The position numbers were made by a program, and so were the translations under genes. Shown in pieces: positions 51,840-61,898 of a DNA stretch of 64,000 bases. Position 1 is the first letter of the stretch; every line of letters begins with the position of its first letter. Below the pieces are notes generated by a model. The model ran no database searches. It was not told the origin of the DNA and worked only from the letters and a program-made list of their open reading frames with translations. The DNA comes from an uncultured delta proteobacterium (GTDB lineage Bacteria; Myxococcota_A; Polyangia; Polyangiales; Polyangiaceae), in the NCBI GenBank assembly GCA_963716725.1, contig CAVQUB010000022.1, forward strand, positions 32,001 to 96,000, read 5' to 3'.

Positions 51840-54800
51840 ATGATCGAGGTCGAGGGCGCCGCCCTGCCGTCTGCGCACACCCGGATTTCTCGAGCGAGAT
51901 CCGAGTTCGTGGGCACGCTCGGCCGGCGCTTGACGGCGCTTCGGAACACGCTCCAGCAGCTCGAAGACGATCCCAGCGCTCGGGAGCGCCGGGACATGCT
52001 GCTCCGCCGGGTGCACGCCCTCGGATCCGCTGCCCGGGTCCTGGGATTCGATGGGGTCGCCGAGGCGCTCGGAGGCGCAGAGCGCGCGCTCGGGCGGAGC
52101 GCCGGCGGTGGGCCGGTTTCGTCAACCGACTTGGCCGAAGTCTCCCGCGCGCTCGATGTCCTGCCGTCGGTTGCGTGGGGGGCGAAGCCGCCGACGAGCG
52201 TCAGCGAGCTTCCGGACGAGGACGTGCTTTTGACCGGGGGCTGGCCGCTCTGCATCTTGGCCTTCGGACCGCCGGCGCTGGGCACCTCGCTCTCGGCGGC
52301 CGAAGACGAGCTGGTCGAGGTCGAACTCGCGGCGGATCCGGAGACCTTCCGGGACCTGGCCGAGCGGGTGGGGCCCGATGTTGCGGTCCTCGACGGCGAT
52401 CTGCGAGAAACGCGGGAAATCATCGATAATCTCGCCCACGATCCGAACCTGCCTTCCTTTCCGGTGATCGTCGTCGGATCCTTCGATCATCCCGAGGCAG
52501 CGACGGCCTTCGTCTCCCTCGGAGCGTCCCGGGTATTGCCGAAACCCGTGGGACCCGAGGCGCTCTGGCGCGCCGTGCTCGAGGTGAGTCAGCAGTCGAC
52601 GGGCCTCCGGGCGCCCCGGGAGCCCATCGGCGACGTCACCGTCGATGAGCTTGCTCAACGCATTGCGGCCGAGGTGCGCCGCGGCCTGGTCGACGGTGTG
52701 GATCCCGCGAGCGCCAACGTGAGCGTTCCGCTCGGCGACGGCACGGACGCGCTGGCCGCGGTGTGGGGTGCGGTCGCGCGCGTGCGCGAGCTGTTGACCA
52801 TGCGCTCCCGCGGCGCCGTCAGATTCACTTCCGGAGGGCCCGAAGGCGCGGTGCCGCTCGCACCGTGGACGGGGTCGGAGCGTCGCGCCGGTGAACGCGG
52901 TGGAGCGCTGCGGCGCAGCGATGGAGTCCGCCTCGAGGGGCGCCGCGCCGTGGTCGTGGACGATGACCCCGCCGTGGTCTGGTTCCTGAGCGGCTTGCTG
53001 CGCACCTCGGGCGTCGAGGTTGCAGAGGCGCACGACGGCCTCGCGGCGCGCCAATTGGTCCTCGAGACGATGCCGGATCTGGTCGTGAGCGACGTGCTCA
53101 TGCCAGGACTCGACGGCTTCTCGCTCTGCCGAGACATCAAGGGCGACGTGGCGGTCCGCGACGTGCCCGTCATCCTCTTGTCGTGGAAGGAAGACCTGCT
53201 CCAGCGGGTTCGCGAGCTCGGTGTCGGCGCGGACGGCTACCTCCGCAAGGAAGCGGCCGCTTCGACGGTGCTCTCGCGGATCCGTGAAGTGATGCGCCCG
53301 CGGGCACGGGTGGAAACCCGGCTGGCCGCCGGAGGGGAGGTGCGCGGTCGACTGGACGGCCTGACCACCCGCACCTTGCTCGAGATCGCGCGGCGCCACC
53401 AGCCTGACTCGCGCATCGTCGTGCGGGACTCGGTGTATTTGTACGAGCTCGAAATGCGCGGGGGACGCTTGATGTGCATCACCCGCACCGCAGCGGATGG
53501 CTCCTTCGAGCGCGGCGCGCGGGTCCTCGACGCCCTGATTGGCGTCAGCGCCGGCCGGTTCGTGGTGACCCCGAGCACGACCCACACGCGAGAGGATCTC
53601 ACCGGCTCTCTCGAGGAGTTGCTCAAGCCGAGAATTCGCCGCGCGCGCGCCCTCGGCGCCCTATTTCAAGGGAGCGCGCTCGACCAGATCGACTCGGTGC
53701 TCATCGACGTCGACACCGTGGGCGCTTACCTCGACGCGACGCCCGAGCCTGCGCGCGCGCTCTTCGCCCGGCTGCTCGAAGGCGTGAGCCCGAGCGTGAT
53801 CCTGGACGACAACCCCAAGCAACGCTTCTTCTTGGAGCAGGTCCTGGCCGACATCGCGAGGCGCGGGGCGGTGGTGGAGGTCGTGCGCGCAGGGCAGGTC
53901 GTGGATCTCGACGAAGTCCCAGCGCCCGAGCCTGTGGGATCCGCCGACGAGTCTCCGCCGCCTTTGTTCACGCTGGAGCTGTCCCCAGCGCCGCCCGACG
54001 TCGGGAATGCGGTTGAACGCTGGGAGAAACCCGAGGTCGAGGTGCGCGAGGCTTCGGAGCCACTGCCCCTCAGCAAATCCGTCACACCCGCGCCGACCGC
54101 GGACTCGGCACCGGATGGGGGCTTTCCCTTCGAGCCCGGCACCCAGCCAGGGATGGGCCCGGCGCTTCGGCTGGCGCTCAGTGAAGACGAGGGAGAGGAA
54201 GCGGAGCCGGATGCGGGATCCGAAGCGCCGAGTCCGAGGCCCGCCACGCCCGAACCCGTGGCAGCAGAGGGACCGAAGGAACCTGAGTCCGAAGTAGAAA
54301 CCGGAGGAAAGATGTCAGCTGAACCCGCCCTCGAAACGGCACGCTCTGGAGGTCTCGGCCTCGCCCCGGTGGGCGATGACGATGACGACGACGACGATGT
54401 CGCGATTGCGCTGGTGAGTCAGCGTGAGACTCAGACTCCGGAGACCCTGAGAGTCGAGCCATCGCCACGGGCCGTCCGTGCGAGCGCTGCGCCGACGCGC
54501 GCCGACGCGCTGCCCTCCGCACGCCCCATCGCATTTCCCCGAAAGAAGCCCGGCGTGGGTAAACCGAGCTCGCCCGCGCCGGCCGCGGCGAAGGAAGACA
54601 AGCCGCTCGGCCTGGCAAAGACCCTGCTCTTGATGGCGGGCGCTGGCGCGCTGGCTTTTGGCGGCATCACCTTGCTCCGGACCCACGTGCTCGCTCCGCC
54701 GGCGGACACGGCGGCGGAGGCGGCGCCGGCTCCAAGCGCGACTCCGATCGCCGCGAAGGCAGCGCCGGCGACGCCCAACGAACTCACCGTTACCGAGCAG

Positions 54801-55031
54801 GGCATCGAGGTGGGTACCCACGTGTCGAGCGACAAAGGCGTCATCGACGTCAACTTCGGAGAAAACCACCCGGTGTACGTCGACGGCACCTTCGTGGGTC
54901 GAGGGCGCCGCAAGGTGCCCGTCGCTCCCGGGCCCCATCAGGTCGTGGTCAAGGCGCCGAGCGGCGACTTGACCGTTCCGGTCGACGTGAAGGTTGGGCG
55001 CCGGTTCCTGGTCGCGCCCCCGCCCCAGTGA
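51840..55031 (+). CDS. Membrane-anchored multi-domain response regulator
   Basis: Hpt-like RVHALG, degenerate REC, canonical REC (VVDDD...SDVLMPGLDG), Pro/acidic linker, TM helix, PEGA-like VYVDG.FVG. Confidence 0.85.
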   Translation: MIEVEGAALPSAHTRISRARSEFVGTLGRRLTALRNTLQQLEDDPSARERRDMLLRRVHALGSAARVLGFDGVAEALGGAERALGRSAGGGPVSSTDLAEVSRALDVLPSVAWGAKPPTSVSELPDEDVLLTGGWPLCILAFGPPALGTSLSAAEDELVEVELAADPETFRDLAERVGPDVAVLDGDLRETREIIDNLAHDPNLPSFPVIVVGSFDHPEAATAFVSLGASRVLPKPVGPEALWRAVLEVSQQSTGLRAPREPIGDVTVDELAQRIAAEVRRGLVDGVDPASANVSVPLGDGTDALAAVWGAVARVRELLTMRSRGAVRFTSGGPEGAVPLAPWTGSERRAGERGGALRRSDGVRLEGRRAVVVDDDPAVVWFLSGLLRTSGVEVAEAHDGLAARQLVLETMPDLVVSDVLMPGLDGFSLCRDIKGDVAVRDVPVILLSWKEDLLQRVRELGVGADGYLRKEAAASTVLSRIREVMRPRARVETRLAAGGEVRGRLDGLTTRTLLEIARRHQPDSRIVVRDSVYLYELEMRGGRLMCITRTAADGSFERGARVLDALIGVSAGRFVVTPSTTHTREDLTGSLEELLKPRIRRARALGALFQGSALDQIDSVLIDVDTVGAYLDATPEPARALFARLLEGVSPSVILDDNPKQRFFLEQVLADIARRGAVVEVVRAGQVVDLDEVPAPEPVGSADESPPPLFTLELSPAPPDVGNAVERWEKPEVEVREASEPLPLSKSVTPAPTADSAPDGGFPFEPGTQPGMGPALRLALSEDEGEEAEPDAGSEAPSPRPATPEPVAAEGPKEPESEVETGGKMSAEPALETARSGGLGLAPVGDDDDDDDDVAIALVSQRETQTPETLRVEPSPRAVRASAAPTRADALPSARPIAFPRKKPGVGKPSSPAPAAAKEDKPLGLAKTLLLMAGAGALAFGGITLLRTHVLAPPADTAAEAAPAPSATPIAAKAAPATPNELTVTEQGIEVGTHVSSDKGVIDVNFGENHPVYVDGTFVGRGRRKVPVAPGPHQVVVKAPSGDLTVPVDVKVGRRFLVAPPPQ

Positions 55032-55068
55032 TGGTGCCCCGACGGAGGTTTCGGGGTATGCGACGTCG

Positions 55069-57342
55069 GTGACCCCGCGACAGGCAACTGGGCTCGCCGT
55101 CGCGGCGCTGCTCGCGGCGTGTGACCCGAAGACGCCCGATTCGCCCCCGGGAATCGCCCCTTCGCCATCGTCCAGCGCTGTCGCTGACGAAAGGCCGGCC
55201 TCGCTCCGCGAGAAGGTGGGGCTGATCGAACAACTGCCGAACTGCGAGGTTCGCCACCACGGCTTCCTCTTGGATCTCGGCGTCGGCGCCGCCCAGGCGC
55301 GGCGAGGCTTCAGAATCGAGCCGGGGGAGGGCGAGGTCGACGCGGAGCGCGAAGGGTCCACGGTTACGCGGGTGAGCATCCCGCGCGTGAGCTACGAGGT
55401 GCCGGTCGACGCAGACCAGAAGGAGACGGAGCTGAGCCTTCGTGTGCGCGGCGGAGCCGCGCGGTCGGTGACCGCCATCCTCGGTGAGCGACGGCTCGGC
55501 ACCCTCAGGCTGAGCGCAGACGAGACCCGTACGCTGGCCTTTCCCGTGCTGAAGACCGCCCTCGCCGCCGGCCGCACCACCGTGACATTGATCTTCTCCG
55601 GGCGCAGCCGGGGCTCCCGGGAGGCGCTGGCGGAGATCGACTGGATCCGCGTCGGTCCGCCCGACGAGAACCTCGCGAGCTACGCGGCTCCGACGCTCCG
55701 CGACCTGACTACAGATGCGGTCCTCGATGGCGTGCCACGGCGCGCGATCGCGCTGCGCGCGCCGGCTTCAATCCGGTGTCGGGTCTTTGCTACGCCGAAT
55801 TCGGAGTTTCGGACCGACCTTGGCTTCTGGGGAGACGGTCGCGGTGCGCTGGACGTGCGGGTGCTCTCGGACGGCGAAGCGCCGGCGCTGCTGGCGGAAC
55901 GCAGAGTGACCGGTGGGACTGGCGCGACCTGGACCCCGCTGACCATCGATCTGAAGGACCACGCCTCACGAATGGTCATGATCGAGCTTCGTGCGGTGGA
56001 GACCAGCAAAGGCGGGCGAGTCTTGTTTGGCGATCCGGTGATCACCCGGACCCGAGAGTCCACGCACGTTCCCGCGGCGTCCACCGTGGTCCTGTTCGTC
56101 TCCGCGGGCACCGACCGTCGCAGCGTACCGCCCTGGGGTCCGACGGGCGCGCTCAGCACCGTGGGTGGCCTGATCCGCGAGGGCGTGTCCTTTTCTCATT
56201 ACCGGGTGCCAACCACGGTGCCCGCTTCCGTGGTCGCCACCTTGATCACGGGTGAAGCGCCCGCGGTCCACTCTCTCGAAGACCCGGCCGCGCGGCTCCC
56301 CGCGGCGGCGCGCACCCTGGCCGAGCTGCTCAAAGAGGCCAGCGGCCGGGCCGCAATGTTCACGGCCGCGCCCACCACGTCCGCGGCATTTGGCTTCGAC
56401 GCGGGCTGGGATCGCTTCGTGCAGATCTCGCCCGTGCAAGACATCGAGGCCACGCAGCCCATCACCGCCGCGGCGCGCTGGCTCGATGACGAGTTGCGAG
56501 CGGAGAACACCGGACGGCGGCTGCTCGTGATCCACGCCCGCGGCGCGCACCCGCCGTGGGACATCAGCCGCGAGGAGGCGGCGCAGCTCCCGCCCGAGGA
56601 ATACGGCGGCGCCATCGAGCCGCGGCGCGGGGGCATCGCGCTCGCCCGCCTGCGCACCCAACGACGAGGGCAGAAGAGAAAGCTCGACGACGCCGATTGG
56701 GTTCGGCTCCGGGCGCTGGAGCACGCCGCACTCGTGAAGCAGGACGTCGCGTTGGGACAACTCGTGGCGGTGCTCAAGAAGAAGGGCATTTGGGACTCGA
56801 CGCTGTTCGTCTTCGTAGGCGATGTCGCCTCCGGTGAACCCCCCGAGACACCTCATGACCCGGCCGGCGAGCTGGACGAAGATCGCTTGCTGGTGCCGCT
56901 GCTCGTGAAGTTCCCGATGGGGAAATTCGCGGCAAAAGAGGTGCACACACCCGTGTCGACCGAAGACGTCGCCGTCACCATTCTGCGCGCTTTGGAGCTC
57001 CAAAGCAGCGCTCCCGGTGCGGATTTGTACGCCGCAGCCGATGGAGTCGAACCTCTCGTCGGTCGCGGTCTCGTGGCGGCGCTCGGCGATCGCTACACGA
57101 CGCGGTTCGGACCGTGGCTGCTGCGCGGGAGGCAGAGCAAGACGCCGACGCTCTGCCGCCTCGACGTCGACCCCGCCTGCGTCAACGACGTCTTTTCCGA
57201 GAACCCCATCGCCGGCTGGGCCGCGTGGCAGTCCACCTACGACTTCTTCGCTTCGGCGTCGACCCGTCGACTCGCCCCCCGCGAGCCCGCCAGCATCGAT
57301 CCGGATACCGGCGCGGCGCTCACGGTTTGGGGTGACATCTGA
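55069..57342 (+). CDS. Lipoprotein with C-terminal sulfatase/alkaline-phosphatase-like fold
   Basis: LAAC lipobox; HPPW, D..LG.L...LK..G.WD.T, VPLLVK, VS..DV..TI. Confidence 0.7.
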   Translation: MTPRQATGLAVAALLAACDPKTPDSPPGIAPSPSSSAVADERPASLREKVGLIEQLPNCEVRHHGFLLDLGVGAAQARRGFRIEPGEGEVDAEREGSTVTRVSIPRVSYEVPVDADQKETELSLRVRGGAARSVTAILGERRLGTLRLSADETRTLAFPVLKTALAAGRTTVTLIFSGRSRGSREALAEIDWIRVGPPDENLASYAAPTLRDLTTDAVLDGVPRRAIALRAPASIRCRVFATPNSEFRTDLGFWGDGRGALDVRVLSDGEAPALLAERRVTGGTGATWTPLTIDLKDHASRMVMIELRAVETSKGGRVLFGDPVITRTRESTHVPAASTVVLFVSAGTDRRSVPPWGPTGALSTVGGLIREGVSFSHYRVPTTVPASVVATLITGEAPAVHSLEDPAARLPAAARTLAELLKEASGRAAMFTAAPTTSAAFGFDAGWDRFVQISPVQDIEATQPITAAARWLDDELRAENTGRRLLVIHARGAHPPWDISREEAAQLPPEEYGGAIEPRRGGIALARLRTQRRGQKRKLDDADWVRLRALEHAALVKQDVALGQLVAVLKKKGIWDSTLFVFVGDVASGEPPETPHDPAGELDEDRLLVPLLVKFPMGKFAAKEVHTPVSTEDVAVTILRALELQSSAPGADLYAAADGVEPLVGRGLVAALGDRYTTRFGPWLLRGRQSKTPTLCRLDVDPACVNDVFSENPIAGWAAWQSTYDFFASASTRRLAPREPASIDPDTGAALTVWGDI

Positions 57343-59493
57343 TCAGGGCTGGACCCAGATGGGATTCGTGAAGGCGAAGGGAGTGGTGCCGTCGCGGGCC
57401 GCGTTCGGAAGGCCGCGCTCGCCCTGGGCCGTCACGACGAAGAAGGTCGGCGCTGTGACGGGCAGGTCGAAGGTGCGCTCGAAGCGCAACGGCCGCCGGC
57501 TCTTGGGGATCTGCTGCCAGATCACGCGCTTGGCCCCCCCGCCCTCGAGAATCTCGACCGCGCGCACGTCGATCCATGGCGCCGCCCGCACCACCACGCG
57601 GAGCCGTGCGCGCTTGCCGCGCGCGGTCTCGCCGGGGCCCTTGCCGTCGATGCTCGCTTCGATGATGGGCCCGCTGGTCACGGTGGCACGCCCGGCTTTG
57701 AGCGCGGCCAGCACCGCGCTCTGCTTGGCGGAGGGGTCGTCGCGGTCGGATTTCGCGCTGCCGTAGCGGATCATGGTTCGCGGCAGACCCGGGTCGAGGA
57801 ACGCCAAGCTGTGTGAATCACTGCTGCCCGTCGCGGCGTAGCGGTGCCCGCGGCCGAGCAGGTGCATCCAGTCGAAGAGCACCTTCTTGACCGCCTTGAG
57901 GTTCCACGCGTCGTCCCCGTTGTAGACCTCGAGGGTGTCGAAGGCGGGATCGTAGCCGGCGACGCGCATCTCGCCCGTGGCGTCGTTGACGCCGTGATAG
58001 GTGAAGTACCCGAGGTTCGGCGCGAGGCGCGGGTGATTCACCTGCAAAACGCCGCCCGGCGACGCTTTGCGAGCGTCCGCAAACAGCTCGCTCGGCGTGA
58101 CGTCGCGATAGCGCACGTTGCTGCCCGGCTTCAGCGGGAACACGTTGAAGTGCCCGAAGCGGCGGCCGAGCGTGCTCACTTCGCTGCCCGCGACGGTCTG
58201 CACCGGGCTCGTGAGCAGCCCCTGTTGCTCGAGCCAGCGAACGGTAGGGCCGAGATCGGTGACGACGTAGTGGTCGGTGGCGACCGCGAACTCGACGCCC
58301 TCGGCCGCGATGGCCACCACGCGCTCCGGCATGCCGATGTCGGCGTCGACGCTGGCAGCTTGGTGCAGGTGGAGATCGGCGCTGATCCAACCGGGAGTCT
58401 CGATCACCCGCGGGAGCTGGGCGTCGACCCGCAGCTCGGATCCAGGGCGAATTTCCACGGTCTTCGCCACCGCGTCGCGCTCGATGCCGGCGGTGACCAG
58501 CAGGCGATAGCGGCCGGGTTCGAGGCTGCGGGACGCGCGCCCGTTGCCGGTCCAGAGGAAGCGATCCGAGCCGTCCAGACCACCGTCAGGCGGAAAGATC
58601 GGCGCCTTCCGACCGTCGCGGTCGAGGCGGATCTTCGCGGCGATAGGCTGATTGCGCTCGTCCGTCGCGACCACGAGCAAGGTGCCCGGGTTCTTCGGGG
58701 GTGCGGGCTCGGCGACTGGGATCTTCTCGAAGGCGAGCTCGCGGGTCACGGTCACGCTCCCTCCGGCGGCGATCTTGCCCCTGAAGAACACCGCGCTCAG
58801 CGCACCCTGGAACCCGGGCTGCTTGGCCGAGGTGTATTCGAGCCACATGGGCTTCCCGCTGCCCGGCCGCAACATCAGATCCCCGCCCGCACCTCGGCGT
58901 CCCACCCATTTGGCGGCGCCCTCGTATTTCATGCGTGGCTGCCCCAGACCCTCCACGTAGTAGCGCGTATTGCCCCACTTGACCTCGTCGCCGAGCTCGA
59001 TGGGGCCCGACGCCGCGTCGCCATCGACGCTGAAGGTGGTCGTCATGCTGAGCCGCGCCTCCCGCGGGTGAAGGCGATGCAGCGTGCGCGTGCGGTAGCG
59101 CACCCCGGAGAGCTCGGCGATGCCCTCGACCTCGATGCCGTCCGAGAGCGTTGACACGCGCTGCGCAAGCACCGGCGCGCTCTTGTCGCCGAAGCGCACG
59201 ATGGGGTGGATCTGCCAGATTGCGTCGACGTCGGTGAGCGTGCCGAGCTGGGAGGTGGTCGGCAAAGTTGGGCGATTTCTCCAGAAATCCACCAGAAATC
59301 CGTCCGTGCGTCGGACCACGGCGGTCACGTCGGCGTTCTCGAGCTTGGGATCTCCAGCAGTGCCGAAGACCCGCAGTCGCGAGCCCACCTCGGCGGCGGT
59401 GAGGGATTTCGGGCGTACGCTCCCGACGTCACCCGAGGTGGCCGTGCTCGCGCACAGGAGCAGACCGACGATGAATGGAGCGCGCCGCGTCAC
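57343..59493 (-). CDS. CehA/McbA-family PHP metallohydrolase
   Basis: WISADLHLH, ATDH, GHFN, VNHP, EVYNG, SDSH, AFTNP. Confidence 0.9.
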   Translation of the reverse strand: MTRRAPFIVGLLLCASTATSGDVGSVRPKSLTAAEVGSRLRVFGTAGDPKLENADVTAVVRRTDGFLVDFWRNRPTLPTTSQLGTLTDVDAIWQIHPIVRFGDKSAPVLAQRVSTLSDGIEVEGIAELSGVRYRTRTLHRLHPREARLSMTTTFSVDGDAASGPIELGDEVKWGNTRYYVEGLGQPRMKYEGAAKWVGRRGAGGDLMLRPGSGKPMWLEYTSAKQPGFQGALSAVFFRGKIAAGGSVTVTRELAFEKIPVAEPAPPKNPGTLLVVATDERNQPIAAKIRLDRDGRKAPIFPPDGGLDGSDRFLWTGNGRASRSLEPGRYRLLVTAGIERDAVAKTVEIRPGSELRVDAQLPRVIETPGWISADLHLHQAASVDADIGMPERVVAIAAEGVEFAVATDHYVVTDLGPTVRWLEQQGLLTSPVQTVAGSEVSTLGRRFGHFNVFPLKPGSNVRYRDVTPSELFADARKASPGGVLQVNHPRLAPNLGYFTYHGVNDATGEMRVAGYDPAFDTLEVYNGDDAWNLKAVKKVLFDWMHLLGRGHRYAATGSSDSHSLAFLDPGLPRTMIRYGSAKSDRDDPSAKQSAVLAALKAGRATVTSGPIIEASIDGKGPGETARGKRARLRVVVRAAPWIDVRAVEILEGGGAKRVIWQQIPKSRRPLRFERTFDLPVTAPTFFVVTAQGERGLPNAARDGTTPFAFTNPIWVQP

Positions 59494-61086
59494 TTCCGCG
59501 AAGCTTTACAGCAACGGAAGCTCGTCTGCGAGCCAGCGTAGATCTCACTGTGGCTTTCGGTGGCGGCGCGGCAGCGGTTGCGGCCGGTGAGCCACCATCC
59601 GCCGCGCAAAATCGACCGCCAGGGTGGCTGGCGGCTCTCGCGCGAGGTCCACTCGTCCACGTTGCCGACCAGATTGAACACGCCAAAGGGGCTCTTGCAG
59701 CGCGGCAGCGAGTCACCTGCGACGCGCTGATCGCGGAGCTTTGCCCGGGGATCGAAGAGATCTTCCCGATCGTGGTTGCAGGCGTTGCCGTCGCGCACGT
59801 ACCCGTAGGGATAGGGCAAAGCCTCGGGCCCTTCGCAGGCAAACTCCCATTCTTCTTCCCGACAAATCCGCTTGTCCATGGCTCGGCACACGTTCTGCGC
59901 CTCGCCCCAGGAGACGTTGACCAGGGGCAGATCCCAGCCCTTCGGCGTGTACTCGTAGCGGTCGATGCAGTAGCGCATCGACTGCGTCGCGCCCTGGCAG
60001 CGCGTTGGTGCAGCGAATTCCGCGCAGGCCCGGCCCGGGGCCTGACCCGGAACCTCGAGCCAGCGCAGGCAGTGCTGTTCGGGGACCAGACAACGCTTGC
60101 CGTCCACCAGCTCCATGTCCGTCGGGCAGGCGGCGTCGGCGGGCTCGTAGGGTGGCGGCGCGGGCTTTGGAGGGAGAGGCGCGCCCGGATCGGAAAAGGA
60201 CCGCATGGGGTTCGGTGTGCGGCCTGCTCACGCTGGCTGGCATGACCGCAGGCTCGCGCTCGAGCGTGGCGGCTTCGAGCTCGTGACAGCAGCGAAAACC
60301 GGTGGTGAAGTCGTGGTACGTCTCGTCGTGGCGCTCGGTGACGTAGCTGCAACCGTCGCCGTTCACCTTCGCATCGAGGTAGTGGCCGCCCATCAGGAGC
60401 GGACGCGAACCGCGGGTCCATTCCAGGAGATTTCCCACCAGATCGTGCACGCCTTCGGGCGTCACGCAGCCTTCGAAGGCCGCCGTCGGCGCCAGGGTCG
60501 AGCCGAGCTGGTTGATGCGCGCGTCGTTCATGTTCCACGAGTCCGTCGGTCGACGGCCGTTGTGCAAGGCCATCAGCGGATGCGCGCCGCCCTGATGCGC
60601 GTTGCACGTACCTGGCTGCTCGGTGGCACCGTAGGGAAACCTGCGCTTGGGCTTCTTGGCACCCATGCAGGCGTCGACCCACTGCGCGGTGGTGCACAGG
60701 CGTTTGCCTCCGCGCTTGCAGGCGAGGTCGGCCTCCTCCATCGAGATGTAGGCCTGGGGCACCACCCCGGGGCGGCTCTCGGCGCTGACCTTCTCGTGGG
60801 TCACCGCGTGGTACGGCGAGTGCGCCTTTCCGTCTTCGGCGACGGTGGTCGCCTCCCAACGATCGATGCAGAAGCGCTGATCGATCAGCGCCATCTCCGG
60901 CGGGCATACCGACCGCGGGGTGCTCGCGCTCGCGGGCACGGTCTCGGGTTCGGGGGCTGGGATCGAAACTGCGACCGGGGTCGGCTCCGGATCCGCCGCT
61001 GGCGACGGCGCTGGATCTGGCGCAAGGCCCCGCTCCGAGCAGGCTCCGAGCAACGCCACCAGGGCTACGAGCAACCAGCGCCTCAT
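59490..61086 (-). CDS. Lipoprotein with two FGE/SUMF1-type domains, probably one gene with a frameshift near 60210-60260
   Basis: LGAC lipobox; two sets of CPxxM, CIDRxE, (D/N)LVGNxxEW, FRCC. Confidence 0.75.
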
Positions 61087-61140
61087 GCCATCGGAAGTCT
61101 CCCTTGCGACGGGGAAAACGACCAGTTTCCAGCCGAGATT

Positions 61141-61887
61141 CTACATCACCAGGCCGCCATCGACGTCGATGCAGCGGCCGTTGAAGTAGTCGCATTCGAT
61201 GGCGAATTTGACCGCTAGCCAGATGTCTTCTGGCACGCCGATGCGACCCACCGGCACCGCCGCGACCAGTGCGTCCCGGGCCTTCTGGTGCATGCCCTTG
61301 GTCATCGGGGTCTCGATCATGCCCGGTGCAACGGCGCCCACCCGGATGCCGTAGCTCGCGAACTCCCGGGCCCAGGTCACGGTGTTGGCAACCAAGGCCG
61401 CCTTGCTCGCCACGTAGTTCGATTGTCCGCGGTTGCCGTGCCGCGACACGCTGGAGATATTGACCACGACGCCCGGTCGGGTGCCGGCCTCGACCATGGT
61501 CTTGGCCAACTCGCGCACCATGAAGGTCGCGCCGGTGAGGTTCACCGCCAGCACCTGGTTCCAGTCCTCGGTCGAGAGCGTCGTGACCTTGCCGGTCTCC
61601 CGATCGCGCTTGACCAGGAGCCCGTCGCGGATGATGCCGGCGTTGTTCACCAGCGCATTGACGCCGCCGAGCTCGCTCGCGGCCCACTGGGTGAAGGAGA
61701 CGCAGTCGGCGTCGTTCGAGACGTCGAGGCGTCGCCGCGCGATGCCCGCTGGCAGCTCCGCGAGCCCCGCTTCGTCGACGTCGCCGGCGGCCACCTTGGC
61801 GCCCGCTGCCGCCAGTTCTTTGGCGAAATAGGCGCCCATTCCCCGGCCTGCGCCGGTGACGATGATCTTCAAGTCTTCGATCTTCAT
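61141..61887 (-). CDS. SDR oxidoreductase (FabG/PhaB-like)
   Basis: TGAGRGMG, NNAG, YVASK; lies in the PHA cluster. Confidence 0.85.
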   Translation of the reverse strand: MKIEDLKIIVTGAGRGMGAYFAKELAAAGAKVAAGDVDEAGLAELPAGIARRRLDVSNDADCVSFTQWAASELGGVNALVNNAGIIRDGLLVKRDRETGKVTTLSTEDWNQVLAVNLTGATFMVRELAKTMVEAGTRPGVVVNISSVSRHGNRGQSNYVASKAALVANTVTWAREFASYGIRVGAVAPGMIETPMTKGMHQKARDALVAAVPVGRIGVPEDIWLAVKFAIECDYFNGRCIDVDGGLVM

Positions 61888-61898
61888 TTTCGGATCTC

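Noticed and set aside
59490..61086. Diversity-generating retroelement targets (FGE/C-lectin fold)
   Set aside because: No reverse transcriptase and no adenine-variant template repeat seen in the window
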